This document shows, in pieces, positions 27,033-41,792 of a stretch of 64,000 nucleotides of DNA. Source of the DNA: Adineta vaga (taxonomy: Eukaryota > Animalia > Rotifera). Both the position numbers and the translations under genes were made by a program. Position 1 is the first letter of the stretch. The number at the start of each line of letters is the position of its first letter. Under the pieces are notes generated by a model. The model made no database searches, was not told the origin of the DNA, and worked only from the letters and a program-made list of their open reading frames with translations. The stretch covers positions 20,150,001 through 20,214,000 of the forward strand of contig CP075492.1 in assembly GCA_021613535.1 (NCBI GenBank), given 5' to 3'.

Positions 27033-27369
27033 TTAAATAACCAGCAGTCAAGAAATAATCATTTTGGCATATTTTACTCCATACTGAATATTTTATATCA
27101 AGAAACTCTTTATCTATTAGTGACTATTTGAAGCATCGAGCTTAATATCTCTTATCTTTCCATTCCTTTCGGTCATCTAATATTATTTTCTTTCGTACAA
27201 CAATCTCAAATTAACCAACGTAACTTGTAGCTTGAACGTTATTCTCTGATTCTTTGATAATTAGATAATATTTTCACATAGGTTTTTATATGCAGTGCCA
27301 TAGTGTCAAATCATTATGAAATAATTTATGATTCTCTTGGAAGAGTGTAAATCTTCTAGTAATTAATAT

Positions 27370-28177
27370 AGAACTACTATTGAATTCAGAGAAGAGCTAT
27401 AGACCGATCAGATAATGTTCGAAACCATTGAAGGTTACGTATAGAATCTACCAAACCCTATTGATGCATCATTGATTTAAAATAGTTCGGTGTGAGAGTT
27501 ACAGAACTACTGAGAGCTATAAGTTCTACCTACCGAACTTTATTGTTGCATTGTATATTTAAAAGATTTCAGTGCAAGAGCTGCGCAACCATGTGTACTG
27601 TTCAAGACCATTAAAGGTTCGGTATTGAATCTTCCGAACATTACTGCTGCATTGTAGACTAAAAAAGGTTCGGTGTGAGAGCTACGGAACCATCAGCTAA
27701 TACTCAGAACTATTGAAGGTTATGTAATGAATCTACTGAACCTTTTAAGAAACTATCAAGGTTTCGAGTGTCTCATACGATACCATTGAGTAGGTCATCT
27801 AACTAACAGTGGTTCTATATTGCACGTTCGAAACCTTTTTGATGTCTACAAAACCATCATTGGTTCGGTATTCTTGTAGCCGAACCTTTCAAATGCATTT
27901 AAAGGCTTCATTAGTACTGTACAAAACCTTTCGAGCTATTGCGTATTTTACAAAACCTCTCGATAGATTATTGAGTGAAGTTCAGAACCTTGAAACACTT
28001 TGCAGTACCTCTTCATGGTACGGTATAATTCATACAAAACCCTATGAAACTTACGGAACTTAATTAAGATCTAAAAACACATCACAGAACTATTTTCAAT
28101 CTACGGAACTTAAAAACGTTTAGCAAAGCAATTCGAAACTTTCAAGGTTTCGTAGAGCACCAATTTTTTTTAGAGTG
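27370..28177 (-). mobile_element. One end of a CACT-type element with many short degenerate sub-repeats
   Basis: Minus-strand terminus CACTCTAAAAAAAATTGGTGCTCTACGAAACC resembles the MITE at 21921. Repeated GAACC/AAGGTT/GGTTCGG motifs. Left boundary is approximate. Confidence 0.5.
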
Positions 28178-30402
28178 TATGATAATCTTGAAAACAACCA
28201 GAAACGCAAAGTCCCACATCGCATTCAGTACATTCGTATCTACTGTCAGTTCGCTTTTTAGTTCTTCTTGTTGTTTTCGCACAAACGACACATTTTCTTT
28301 GAGGATTTTGTTTGGTCAATGTTGAAGGTATAAGTGATGGAAAACGGCGAGCGATAAGTCTAACAGGATTGTCTCCAGTGGTTGGTCGTCCTGTCGGCGC
28401 TTTTGGTTTTCCGTAAGTTTCGATAATTTGACGAATCAGCTGTAATCGAAAGTCACAAGAATGAATCGTTTTACCAGTTTTTCGCTTGTATAGAATGTGT
28501 GAATTTAGGATGGATATATCCAGTAAATGGAAAAAGAGTTTTTTATACCATTTCACTGTCTTTCTGACACATTCAACATAACTAATCTGCATATCAGACC
28601 TATCAACAGCGCTCATATTTTCAATATAGTTCTTGACAGACTCAGGCTTCTGAATTTGTTCACCAGTAGCGTAGTGAACTTTTCCACTACTTGCCACCTG
28701 TGGTTTATGTGTTGTTGAGAGTATTGTAACTTCACATTTGTCGAACCATCGTTCACAAAGTAGAATATCAGTGTGTTGATGTTCGTATTCACCTCTTTTC
28801 AACTTATTCTTAAAATCTGGCATTCCGATTCGGTTTCGTCGAACTGTACGACATGCACCAGTAGAATTCGCATGCAACAGCTCGAAAAGACGTGGACTTG
28901 TGTACCAATTATCAACGAATAACTTATGACCTCTCTAAAGGTACGGTTGCATAAGTGTCATTATAATCGAACCTGGAATTCCGAGATGGTTATTACGTTG
29001 AATTTCTGTTTGAGATCCTGTGTAAATCACAAAGTCCAAAATAAATCCAGTACTACAGTCGCATCGAACAAATAACTTTATTCCAAAGCGACGTCGTTTT
29101 CATGGAATATATTGTTTAAAAGATAAACGTCCTTTCCAAAGTACTAAACTTTCATTGATACAGAGGTTTCTATACGGAATCATAATTTGTTTGAATTTTT
29201 CTTTCAAATGTTGAACAACAAATTTGATTCTGTATAATCTGTCACCTTTGGGTTGAGTTAGATCAGTGAAGTGCAGATATTTCAAAAGGAGCAAAAATCT
29301 ATCTCTCGGCATAATATCACTAAATATTGGCGTTGCAATCAAAGGATCAACGGACCAATAATCTTTGACTCGGAAATTTTTCATATGAGCCATCAACATG
29401 AAGGTCGCCAAAAAAAGATATATCTCTTCAAGATTAGTTGAATACCATTTAGCTTGATGTGGGGATGAATGCTTATCAGCAGAATCTACTTGAAATTGAT
29501 TTGTCTTATCAGCAGTCACCTGTATCAGTTCTGGATCAAAAACTATTTTGAAAAAGTCTAACGGTGTATTCTCATCTGGATTAGCAGTTACACCACAATT
29601 ATTGTCTTGAAATGAAAAGAAAGTTGGTCCAAAATTGCCTTTTTGCCACGATTTTGATGTGTGATTGTATGTGTGAACTGAAGGAGTATTTTCATCATCC
29701 TCGACATCCATCGCATCCTCAACATCCGAGTTACCAGAGTCGTCTTCACTTCCAGTTTCACCATCAGTTTCAATTTCTGATTCAGTTTCTGATTCATCAC
29801 TAGAAATCTCATCAATTTCATTGTAGCTGCGCTTTCTGGATGTTGCCATTTTGAATTAGAAAAGATGCAGAAAGCGTGTAAAGTGTTTTATTACGTTCTT
29901 TATTTAAAAGTCGTAGTTCACTACTACCAGATAAAAATACATTTATATATATGAGAGAATGCCATTCTCACGTTGTATCTTATTCGAATGAAGAACAAAA
30001 GAAAAAGAAGTAAAGAATGTGTATAATGAAAAACAAGATGTGATGTGAAAGAATGCGTAAAGACGTATGAAGATATGACTGTAACAATATGTATATAAAT
30101 GAAATCGACATGAAGACAATGTACTAGAAAATAAAGAAAATCCATAATGAAAGAGAATGCGTAGATAAATAAGAAATAAGCCGTATACGATATCAGTGGA
30201 AGATGACGTAAGGAAAGAACAGAAGTTATGGGTATAAGTGCAAAAGGAATAAGGTGAATAAGGTCATTGTATGAATAGTGATATAGCAGATTAACGATTT
30301 ATGTGGTGGCAACTCATAAAAAACATACAAACAGGTATATTTTAATTATTTACGAGCTTATTTGAAGCTGGACGTATATATACGTCGCCCGTCCCCAAGG
30401 GG
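28178..30402 (-). mobile_element. piggyBac element (PGBD4-like), degenerate, 3' end lost
   Basis: CCC-type end with TTAA at 30403-30406. ORFs 29100-29849 and 28170-28877 (KGRLSFKQYIP, VDRSD, Cys tail), stops between them. No second TIR. Confidence 0.88.
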
Positions 30403-31641
30403 TTAATTGATACGGGTTCAATCGGATTGCATGTGTTGGCGTTTGGTTTGTGAGTATGGACGTTGATCAAAAGCAGCGGCCGTTGAACGTTGAACAAGAC
30501 CAAACATTCCATGATTATGTCGACTGGAATAGATCGATGGGAAGTGGGTGTGATGGTGGTAATATTTATTCATGCACGTGTAGCAAAGGTTAGCCTGATG
30601 ATGGTTATCGGTTCGAGAAAAAAAAAGATTTTGTTGAATTTCTTGTTTTAGATAATGATATTGCCTCGAATATATCGTCATCAACGGCATTGGCGTGGTG
30701 GTGGTGTTCCTGTGTGTTCTAACAACAGTTGTAGAGATCACATGTGGTAAGATGTGAATGATTATACTCTTTGAAACGTTCTCCCTTGTTGTATCTCATC
30801 GGTAGAGTATTGGTTTATTGACGAAATCACTCAACTGAAACAAAATGGTCGCGAATTAATAAACGAAAACGGATTGGACAAGATGGTGCTGCTTGACCTA
30901 TTCGAGAAGATCTGTATTATTAACGGATATGTCGTCGCCGCCACCGCATGGATTCTTCGTCTTTAATAGCGGCGGCAGCAGCAACAATAAGAACAACATG
31001 CTCCAACAAATGCCACGAAAATCACAGTGTATGTACATAATCTGGAGAGCATTAAGCGAGATGTTCGCATCGACAACTACAATATCAAATGCGCAAAACT
31101 ATGAGGTGTTATCGTCATGATCGAATCTATTCAACTGTACGAAGCACATTCTTCCAATTTTATGAACTGCATGCAATCGCCCTGGCTGAAAAACAACGGC
31201 GCCCCCTTAAGAAAGAATTCGACCTTATCGACGTTCATCTATTCGAAAAGAAAATACCATCAACCGATGCTGCTAATAGACAAATATGCGAGAACGAGAT
31301 AGATAAACAAGTATCTTTGTGTTTATCGGTATGTTCAACGTCGAAAGTAGTCTGCTTCTCAAGAATTTCTTTCGCCTCAATTCGATGAACTCAACTCATC
31401 CGATCCGGTATCGATCTATCAAGGAAATCATCTTGTCTTCAACCATCTGTTCATCAATTCGTATTGACTGGGCCTTCCGAAGCACCCTCAAAACATGGGA
31501 GAATTCCAACAAGTTATGTCTGTCTGTTCATCTTGTGATTGCACAAAAAAAAGAAGTTTGCTGACCTAGATAATGAAATAGCTTGTAAATGGTGTTGAAT
31601 AGTTGAAATTGAGTAGAAATGCGAGTAAATGATAGGAGAAC

Positions 31642-31760
31642 GGATGGGGATATGATAAGATGAGGGTGAAGGCAGTGAGTGTTGAACGGTAAAACGGTGT
31701 GTGGATGGGGATATGACAAGATGAGGGTGAAGGGAGTGAGTGTATGAACGAATAAAGGTG
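31642..31760. repeat. Two ~61-bp tandem units
   Basis: GGATGGGGATATGAYAAGATGAGGGTGAAGG starts at 31642 and 31703. Confidence 0.8.
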
Positions 31761-31899
31761 TTGAAATATGTTCAGGGTGTAAATCCCACCTCTTCAGGTG
31801 ATTTCGTGCTGATGTAGTACTACTAGTTGAAGTACAGAACACTCACTGCCACATTGATACCTGTTACAAATACTATGATGCTATTACAACGGCAAAAGG

Positions 31900-34800
31900 A
31901 TTTGTCGACTACGTTTGCCACAAAATTAGTGCTAAAGTCAATGATCGATCCTGAAACAGGTGAATATACGTATGCGACGATCGCATCCGATGATTAATAA
32001 TTTTTTAACGAATATATGATATATCCGCATGTCGTTCTAACATGGACATCAAATTTATTTGGACAGGGAGCGATGCTAAAGCTCTCGTCTATTATATTAC
32101 AGATTATGTGACAAAATCCAGTCTTTCTTTTCACGACACATTCTCTCTCATACAAAAAAATGTTACATCATTCGGAGACATTTCGAATCAAACGGACAAT
32201 AAAGACAGTGCTATTGAAAGATCACGTAAATTCGTTTTACGTTGCTACAATACACTTGCGTCTCAACAAGAATTATCTGGAGTGCACGTTGCTTCTATCT
32301 TATGAATCGGGACGATGATTATACGACACACAAATTTCAAGGACTTATCTAATTCAAACTGAACGATACTTGCAGGCAGAATTGAATGAATTACGTGTCA
32401 AACGAAATCTAGAAACAAATTCATACGGTAGTATGATGATTGGTTGCAATTCATTTCTCTTATAGTTACATTTTTTCATATGAGAATTCTTCTTCTATCT
32501 TCAAACGCGAGGAGAGATAGAAAGAGATAGAGAGAGGGAGAAGAAGAAAGAGAAGAGAAGAAAAAGAAAAATCAATCAAGACATAATGTGCATGCTGTAA
32601 TGAGCGGAAGAATGAAAGAAAAAGAAGAGACAGTTGTTATATAAACAATCAATGAGATTAGAGGAAGGAAAAAGAATACGTTCATCACGTAGAAGACATA
32701 ATGAGATATTTAACACGATGTCCAGCTGTGATAAAAAAAATTGTTGTCACATCAAATATATCAAGTAAATAAGTCACAGGAATTGAATAGAGTTATTCCA
32801 GTAAAATTCTTCCCTTATTATTTAGAAACGTGAACATGTGCAATCATAAAAATCAAATCAACGAAAAAATATCTTTTCTTTTTTTCACACATAGATGTAA
32901 TGGATGATAATGATGATGACCATAATGACAATGTGCTCAATGATGAGAATGCAAACGATATAAATAATAATGAAGAAAATTTTCAAATTCAATCTGCTGA
33001 AAATGAAAATGGAAACAATTTCGTGCTAGTTAACGGACGGATTGATTATCAGTATCGATCTGATACTCTCGAGAATATATGCTTATACGATTTTGTTAGT
33101 GCATTTTATAAGAAAAAAATCAATGCAGCGGACTTAAAATATTTAGCTGATAGTTCTATAACAAGAGAAGAGCAAGATAATCGAAGAGGTCGACCACCTA
33201 ATCAACGATTTCCTTTTCGAAAACAACACCCTCAAGCAACAACCTACTTAATGATGAAACATACTGAATATCGTGTACCCATCCTGTATGGTCCTCAAAT
33301 ACCTCGGCGAGATCGCGAAGACACTCGAGAACGGTATTGCCGAGCTATTCTTACACTTTTTATGCCTTGGAGAACTGTATCTGATCTTTGTGATGTGAAC
33401 CAGAATTGGGAAGATGCACTTAAGTCTCGTCAGCACCATATATCTGCACACTCGTGGAATATCATCGATAATATTCAAATTTTACATGAATGTAAGAAAG
33501 ACCGAGATGAACATTTAGTCAAAGTTATTACAGAAGCTCAAGTTGAGAATGACACAATCGATCCCGAGCTATTTCCAAAAAATCAAAGTGCATAAGATGA
33601 ATATGATGATACAAGTGATAGTGAAGATTTACTTGAATTGCTCGGTAATTTAAATGATTCTACTACAGTTGCAATGAGCAGCACAAAAAAATCAACAGAA
33701 TATGTATATATTGAAGAAACTATAGAAACTGTAGAAAAAATGGGACGATTCTCTCATACACACAGTAGGCAATATCAATTCGTAACGACTCAGCTTTAAA
33801 ATAATGTTATTTTCTTGTAACATCAAATCAAATTTTGATAAATGCATCATATGCTGATAATTATGAGCAGATGTTACCATTTGTTCCTTCAACATTTGAT
33901 CTCGTTCGACTCAATACTAAATGGCAAGAGCAACTGAAAATCGAAAGAGAACGAGTTAGACGAAATTTAATCACTGGCAAACATTATAAAACAGATGACG
34001 AGTCAAATAATGACGATATAGAAGATACAGTTGTAACACTGATAAATTCAACTAGTTCAAATATAAACATATTTGATAATTATAACTCAATTCTTTCAGT
34101 TGCTTCAGTAATAAGTACAACATACTGTAATCAAAAGACTATTGTTGATCAATATACACTAAACAGAGAGCAAAGAGCTGCATTTATGATAATAACAAGT
34201 CATCTTGATGGTGACAAACAGTCACTTGCAGGTATGTTCATGCATATAGTTTTTTATATTATCATAAACTGAAAAATATCATTCATATAGGAGGTAACAA
34301 TGGTCAACTCATTATGTGTATACCAGGATGTGGTGGTACAGGAAAATCCCAACTTATTCGTGCTGTTACTGAATATTTTGTTATTACAAACAGAGTACAA
34401 AAGATGCGAAAGCTAGCACCTATTGGAATTGCAGCCGCTGAAATTGGTGGTATAACTATCCATTCATTTTTAGGTGAACAACGCCATTCTGGAAAGGCAC
34501 GAACCATTAAACCAGGCGACTTAAAACTTGAAAAAGAATGGACACTTGTAGAATATCTCTTGGTTGATGAAATCAGTATGGTTGGTTTGACTTTACTCGG
34601 AAAACTCAACCGAATTCTTTGTGCCGCGAAACATACCGATGCTCAAATTGCATTCGGTGGTATAAACGTTATATTCTTTGGTGATTATCTACAGTATCGA
34701 CCCGTATACGATGCCCCGTTACACACTGACTTTTCGTCGGAAAACAAAAAGAAATTTAATAAATTACCTTCAGAAAAAGAAATCCAACAACGTGTGGCAC

Positions 34801-35894
34801 GTTCGTTAATTCTACAAATTAATTGTGTGGTAAAACTTACTCAACAGATGCGAACAGAAGATCTACGATATCTTCAATTACTTGAGCGACATCGTCAGAG
34901 CCAATGTAATTATGAAGATTACGAATTATTATTGACGCGGGTTGTCGGACAATCATCAGTATCTCTTCGTGAACCACCATGGAATCAAGTAACCATATAT
35001 ATTTCTTTATTCTACACAAACATATTTTATATTGCTTTTTTTTCTTATTTTAGGCACCAATGCTTGTATTTAGATAAAATACGAACGCAGTTGAACCACA
35101 AGTCGGCAATTCATAATGCAGTAGAAGCTGTTTCCAATCTAATGGTATGTGTTGCTCAGGATTTTTGTAAAGGCAAGGCTGTGGAGGAGCCGACACTTGT
35201 GAAAAAATGATTAGAATTATCTGATAGTAAGACAGAACACTTACCGGGGTTGTTACCGTTAGTTCCTGGAATGCCGGTTATTCTTACAGAAAATATTGCT
35301 GTTGAACTGGGATTAATTAATGGCATAAATGGAATCTTTAGACAACTAGTTGATGATCTTGATTCAGTGTCAACAGATAGTCTATCAAAAACGTTTCCAA
35401 TGAACACTACATATGTGCACAAGCCAATATATGAATTGGTCGAAATAAGAAAAGCAAAAATTGAATGTAATCTTGAAAAACTTCAACCAAAACTTGTCCC
35501 AATAGCAATAATGAAACAAACATTTCAGGTTGACATTTCTGATATTATTCCGAAAATGAACAACAAAAAGTCAAGAACAAATCGAAAGACAATGTTATCG
35601 ATAAAGCGACGCGCATTACCTCTTGTGCCCGCCTATTCTATCACAATCCATAAAAGTCAGGGACAAACTTTAAATAATGTTGTAATTGATTTAAAGTTAC
35701 CAAAGGATACAGATGATATCGCTGCAGTCTATGTACTATTATCAAGAGTCAAACGTTTAACTGACTTAATTATTTTGCGACATTTCGATTACAAAGTCTT
35801 GCTGATTAAATCCAATAAATCTCAAGTCGCCGAGATGCAAAGTCTAGAAAAACTCTACATCGAAACGCAGATGCGTTTTTCAGAATGGTTTTAA
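31900..35894 (+). mobile_element. Degenerate Helitron/Helentron RepHel (Rep C-terminal part + PIF1 helicase), intron-containing and 5' truncated
   Basis: Rep motif MDIKFI..YYITDYVTK. Helicase motifs GCGGTGKS, DEISM, FGGINVIFFGD, QMR and PAYSITIHKSQGQTL. Several stops. Confidence 0.9.
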
Positions 35895-36951
35895 CAAATT
35901 TTATAGAACACACTAGATCTCGGTATGCTGACAAAATCGCGAAAAAAAATCTCGAAAGCAAAAATTTCGAAAATAAAATCTCGAAAAAGAAATATTCCGA
36001 AAATTTCTAATCTCGAAAACGTGCAATATCGAAAGCAAAAAAAATCGAAAATCAAAAATATCGAAAAATATTTATAATAATAGAACAAGTTAGAATCATG
36101 ACAGTTAATAGTAGAACAGTATTTGTAAGGTAATATAGTTTATTTTATTTTCATGTAGAATATTCGTGATAATTTGTTCATCACATACAACGTTTAAACG
36201 TAATTAGAATTAAAAAAATTAAATTTTTGTTGCTATCAAGAGTTAATCCTTGAGTAAATGCGTCGATTGCAATCGTTTTGTTATCAAATTAAGATTGAAG
36301 AGAATCGAGTCGTTCTTGAAAAATAGTCGCTTTGTTCTTGACTTGCTTTTTCTCCTCCATGATTGTTTTTAACATCGCTTGTCGTACATATACTTCTTCC
36401 ATACGAAAGCAATCGAACAAATGCCACACGTTCGGATGGAACTTTCCAATCAAACGGTTAAATCGATGATTCCAACCTAATGAGAGCAATTACTTTAGCA
36501 AAAGAAGAAATCTTTACCCTCTACAAAATTGTTCGTTCGAAATTCCATTCCATGAACATTCCATTAAGTCCACCGCATTTTTCTGATCCAATAACCTTCG
36601 AAATAATCAACTAATGGTTTTATCACATCAGGTGCTGTAATAACAATTTGACCGAACACCGATTGAATTTGATTAAGAGGAATGAGAGGAAGTATCATGA
36701 GTTGACGTACAATAGAACGTGCAATCTCATCGTCACGATATACGATAACAAGATTAAGACTTTGAATTTGTATAACAATTGAATTCATAAAATGAAAATA
36801 ACAACCATCATGTCTGCATTAGGAAACTAAAGATTGTGAAAATAAATGCGAAAACTTCGGATTTTATCCGAAAGTTATGTGTACTCTAAAAAGTGTATGA
36901 GACTTAAGCTACAAAGCACTCTAAGTATCATATCAAGATTGTACAATGAGT

Positions 36952-37664
36952 AACAAAAGACACGTCCGGGCAGCCGAGTATTGCGAACCCAAACGAGATC
37001 TTCCTATAACGCTACTTCCGAGACAATTTCATGACAGCTAGAGAGAGTTCATGCAAAACTCCAGAATACCATCATCGCTTAAAACTGGAGAACCCGAGCC
37101 ATCTCCGCGCTATAGCATAAAAGAAGCCATGGCTACCCAAAGTATAGGACTTGAGGACCCAAGGGTCCCTCATAATATAGGACATGAGGATCCAAGGGTA
37201 CCCCCATAGTATAGGAGTTGAGGACCTAAGGGTACCCCCATAGTATGGGACTTGAGGATCGAAGGGTACTTCTATAGTATAGGACATGAGGACCTAAGGG
37301 TACGCAGGTAGTATAGCCTATGAGGTCCCAAGGTTACCTGCATAGAACAGCTTTTCAAGACGTGGTTGCTGTCTTGAAGCTGACTACAGCAATATATGTG
37401 GCGGAAAAAAGTTTGTTTTTGAAAATCCCTGTACTCTCCCTCACGACTCATGGGGTCATTTTTTAGAATTTTTACGATATCTCAGCCATTTCTTGACGGA
37501 TCCTTCTCATCTTCGAACTCGACCGAGATATTCATGAGACCAACCTGCGGAAGAAAAATTCCTGTCAATAGCGCAAACTTTTCGAGAGTTATCGGATAAA
37601 CGAACGGACGGACGGACATACAGACCGATTTTAGTAGTGTACTCACTTTTTGAGTACACAAAAA
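36952..37664 (+). mobile_element. HINE/DINE-1-like element 2, nested in the MULE
   Basis: About six 34-bp tandem units (37128-37345), (ACGG)n microsatellite, terminal hairpin GTGTACTCA-CTTTT-TGAGTACAC (37637-37659). Confidence 0.7.
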
Positions 37665-38176
37665 TCAATGAAAAAGAGAATATATGAAGGGACTCAATTC
37701 ATCGGCTATTGATTTAATCATAGTTGTTTCAAAATCAGTTGTTATGATTTTAGGATTGAATGTTAATCCACGACGATGAGCGTGATTAGTGGGTATTGAA
37801 AATAATTCTTTGTAAATGACACTAGATCGACCACAAAGAATAGAAATGACCGAGAGATAACCTATTTTAAGATATTTGATAGAAGTCATTTACAAGTATG
37901 ATAAAAATAATTTACTTTGACTATTTTTGACCGCATGAATAGAATAAATTTGATCAAAATGCGGCGGACAAGTATCAAATGTACCATCCGTCATAATATG
38001 TGATGATGTAAATAGGAGACGAAGTTGTTCATCTGTTGCATAAACAATAATACGTTTACTAACAATTCCATCAACAGATTGAATTCAATCAGAAAGTAAA
38101 TACCGTTGACCATCAGTTGTTTTTTTTATAATATAATGGAATATCAAAGTTCATTGATGATGGAAGATTTGATGTA

Positions 38177-39049
38177 TCAGGTTGTCCACAAAGTTCGTGC
38201 AACTACTATTCTACTGCAAGCGTGAAACATATGGTTTCCAGCATTGTGTAGAGCGTCCATTTTTAGGATGGTACACCAATGTTGACCTAACTACTTCATT
38301 GTCTTCTTGGAGAAAATAATGACATTTTAACACCCAGATGTATCCATGTTTTAGATGTCATACTTCGAAGTTAAATATCAATGAGATGTATGTTTCAGAA
38401 ATTGGATTCATAGTTTTGTAGAGCTGATCGAAGGCTTCATGGTGTACTATGTTGGTTTGAAGTTTCAATCGGTTAAGTGTCGGAAAACCCATTTTGAGGA
38501 CGATGCAATATGGAGGCGCAAAAACTCGAAAATAAAATGCGCATTTTTTGTCAAAATATTTGCGCACCACTTCGAAATCTCGTTCGATCGCTCCGAAAAT
38601 TCACCCACACATAGAATTTTCGTTACTCTTTCAACAGGCAATCTCTGAATTTCGAGATTCTATGATCAGATATGAAAGATTATTCCAACGATCTCTGGAG
38701 CACCCTCAATACTTCATCTGGAAGACTTGAAAATTTGAAAGCAACATTTTTTTATTTTGACCGCTGTAGATTCTGCGCCGTATGAAATTGTACTTATCCT
38801 ATAAATCTTACTTGCAGATCCTATCTAAGTATGCAGATGCATAGACACTAAAGTACTGGTACTAGCATTATATTTGAAAATGACACATCGGAGTGTTAAA
38901 ATGTCATTATTTTCTTCAAGAAGACAATGAAGTAGTTAAGTCAACATCGGTGTACCATCCTAAAAATGGACGCTCTACACAATGCTGGAAACCATATGTT
39001 TCACGCTTGCAGCAGAACAATAGTTGCACGAACTTTGTGGACAACCTAA
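38177..39049. mobile_element. mariner-derived MITE with ~155-bp TIRs, nested in the MULE
   Basis: TA flanks at 38175-76 and 39050-51. Ends TCAGGTTGTCCACAAAGTTCGTGC / GCACGAACTTTGTGGACAACCTAA. Confidence 0.88.
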
Positions 39050-40647
39050 TATCTTGACGACGAACTTGATGTAATCCATGATCTAAAAGTGAAGAATGTT
39101 TTTTTTGAGCAACGACCTTTTTTACACACTGGCTTCTTTAGCTGTATTAGCGATAACAAGTGCTGTTGTTGACAGATTGCTTCGAGAAAGTTCTTCAATA
39201 TAGATTTTACCAACAGCGGTTGTCTCACAACTGATATGACTTTTCACCTTCAATAACATTTTTGGAACTTCGAATTTCTCAGGTGCAGGCATATGTGTAT
39301 GATTAGGTTTTGTAAATTTAATGAATAAATCATTATTATTAAGATGAACACCCATATCACACATTTTCTCTTGACAGACCCCATAGGTAACCTTGTCCGT
39401 ACATTTGTTTTGCTGGAAAATAAAACCATCGATAACGAGAAGACGCTTTTTCTTGTTGCTTGTGATGAACATAATGGTTGGTCGGTTGTTTGTTTGAATC
39501 GGACGGTGACATAGTTGTAAGATGAAAAAATGGAGAGAGATGATAGAAGAACAATAAAATGAGCTGTATTTATAGAGGATAGGAGCGGTGTAGAGGAATG
39601 TAAATAGTTTGTATTGACTGATCGATGTAAACGCAGGAGTGAACGAAAAGTTAAATATATTACGTGAAGACAAAGAAAAGACGCCTCGACAAACGAAAGA
39701 AAGATAGAATATATCTATATGAATAAAGAATAACAGCCTGTATTAGTAAAAGAAATCTGATTAGATATCATAACTAATATCAATAAGTATTTTAAGTGTT
39801 ATAATGGTTAAATCCTCGATAAATGAAAGAAAATGAACCAATAGTAATTGAAGATGAATCATATACAAATCAGTTTATCATAAACACACGAATTGTATCA
39901 TATTTTGCTGTGAAAAATATTAAATTTTAAATTCTGATCATCTTAGATTTCATGTTTCCATTCGTAATGAGAATTATTTTTCGACAATATATTTTCGATA
40001 TTTTTGCTTTCGAGGTTTTTGTTTTTGAGATTATGTCAGTAATGCAACGATTTTAGGTAAAGTTGATTACACATATATATATATATATGCACTATGACGA
40101 ACAAGGCGAAAGTTGCCCAACTTCTCCACCAATTGTGAGGTACTCGAGATGGGGATGTGACTAAAACTCTAACCTCCGATATCTACGAAAGGCCAGAACT
40201 ACAATGATCGAGAAATCTCACCAAAAATATAAAGTAATAATCCTACCAGACACAGTAATAAAGAACAGAAGATAAGTGATGCTGATGACCACGTTTATTT
40301 GGGGATAAACAAAGACAGAAAAAAAATAATAACAATAACTGAGATGAAAATAGAAAAACATTTCTATATGTATAACGAGACATAGACAGGGAAAATAAAG
40401 TAAAAATGAAAAATAATAACACGATGAAAAGAGATGAAAACGAAAGAGAAGATATAACAAAGAAGATCATCATGAAGACATGATGATCAAGAGAGAGCTA
40501 CAATCCAAAAGAAAGAAAGAAAACGTGTATGTATTGACTAAAATGAAGTATAGAAGAGGAAAGAAAAGAAAACACATATACAAGTATATGTGTACAAGAT
40601 AGCGTCATAAAGTAACAACCGTTGACGCTAACATAGTCAATCACTTC

Positions 40648-41749
40648 CTAACAGTATGCAACCACCGTTTGTAATGCAATCGGTTGTATTTGTAGGTAAC
40701 CGAACGCAATAAGAACATCTTCTTCGTCCGAGTCTGACTCGTATAAACTGGACTCATATGACGATGATCTTCTTAATTTTCGTTCGTACGGAATCAATTT
40801 TCTGTCTCCTCTTCTTCCCAAGATTTTTTCAAAACCTGGACCTTCAAAATAGTATCCCGGCTCCAGTCTTTTCATCATGGTAGCAAATTTCTTCAGTTGC
40901 TCTTTGAAACCTATATAAAACAAAAAGAGTAGGTTCGTTAGAGCATTTCGATTATGGTTGACATCTCATTGTTCAAAATATGATATATCAGAACAAAACC
41001 GAAAATTTATACAGGTGTTTGCAAAAAAAACTTGAGAAAAAATTCTTTTTTCTTAATAGTAATTTCTCTACCATTAAAAGTGATTTCAAATGTGATTTAT
41101 TTGGGAATTAGCCCTTGACAGATGTAATACTTATTGTGTATGTAGATGTGCAAGTGCTTTTTATTTCGATATATATTCACTCAACTAAACTGCTCACGAC
41201 TGACTTGGAAAATCATGATACTCTGGTTTTGTCTTTTTTTGAAACAAGAGTCTGTGATCTGTTTCCCTAACTCATTATGATTTAGGGATTTCATCACGTA
41301 CTATATAGTGAAACATTGACCAATCAAAATGATTAGGTTATTACTAACATATCGAAGTTCACTGCAAAAAAGCAGACAATGATATACTTGTAAAACAGGT
41401 TTATGGCACTTAAATCAGCTTATCAATGTGATGTACCCACTGATAAATCCTTTTTCCGTTTATAACTATACGAGTGTTTGTCCCTGGTTACCAACGGATG
41501 TATCATTGTATTATTTTCTTCGTTCTTAGGATCTTTTTTCATACTTACATAACATCAATCTACAAATACCCGGTTTAGTATCAAGTGTCATGAACCCTTG
41601 AATAAAGATTGATTCTGTTTGTGACGGGTCCATGACTCACATGTCTTTCAAATCACTTTCATTCTTGTTATCGCCTATACATCTTTTCCAGGCACTACTC
41701 GTTTGTTAAAATGATATCATAAGATATCTTCTCGTCCATCTCTTTGTTT

Positions 41750-41792
<43 letters not shown>

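Larger units (their letters stand above)
35921..40046 (-). mobile_element. Degenerate MULE (Mutator-like) element with two nested insertions
   Basis: FLYWCH-like N terminus (39122-39480), DGTFDTCPPHFDQIYSIHA (~37930-37995), TDFE and GWNHRFN motifs. Imperfect TIRs rich in TCGAAA repeats. No TSD found. Confidence 0.82.

Noticed and set aside
37128-37345. 34-bp repeat array resembling CRISPR
   Set aside because: Units are contiguous and degenerate with no unique spacers. There are no cas genes, the context is eukaryotic, and the array lies inside a HINE-like element.
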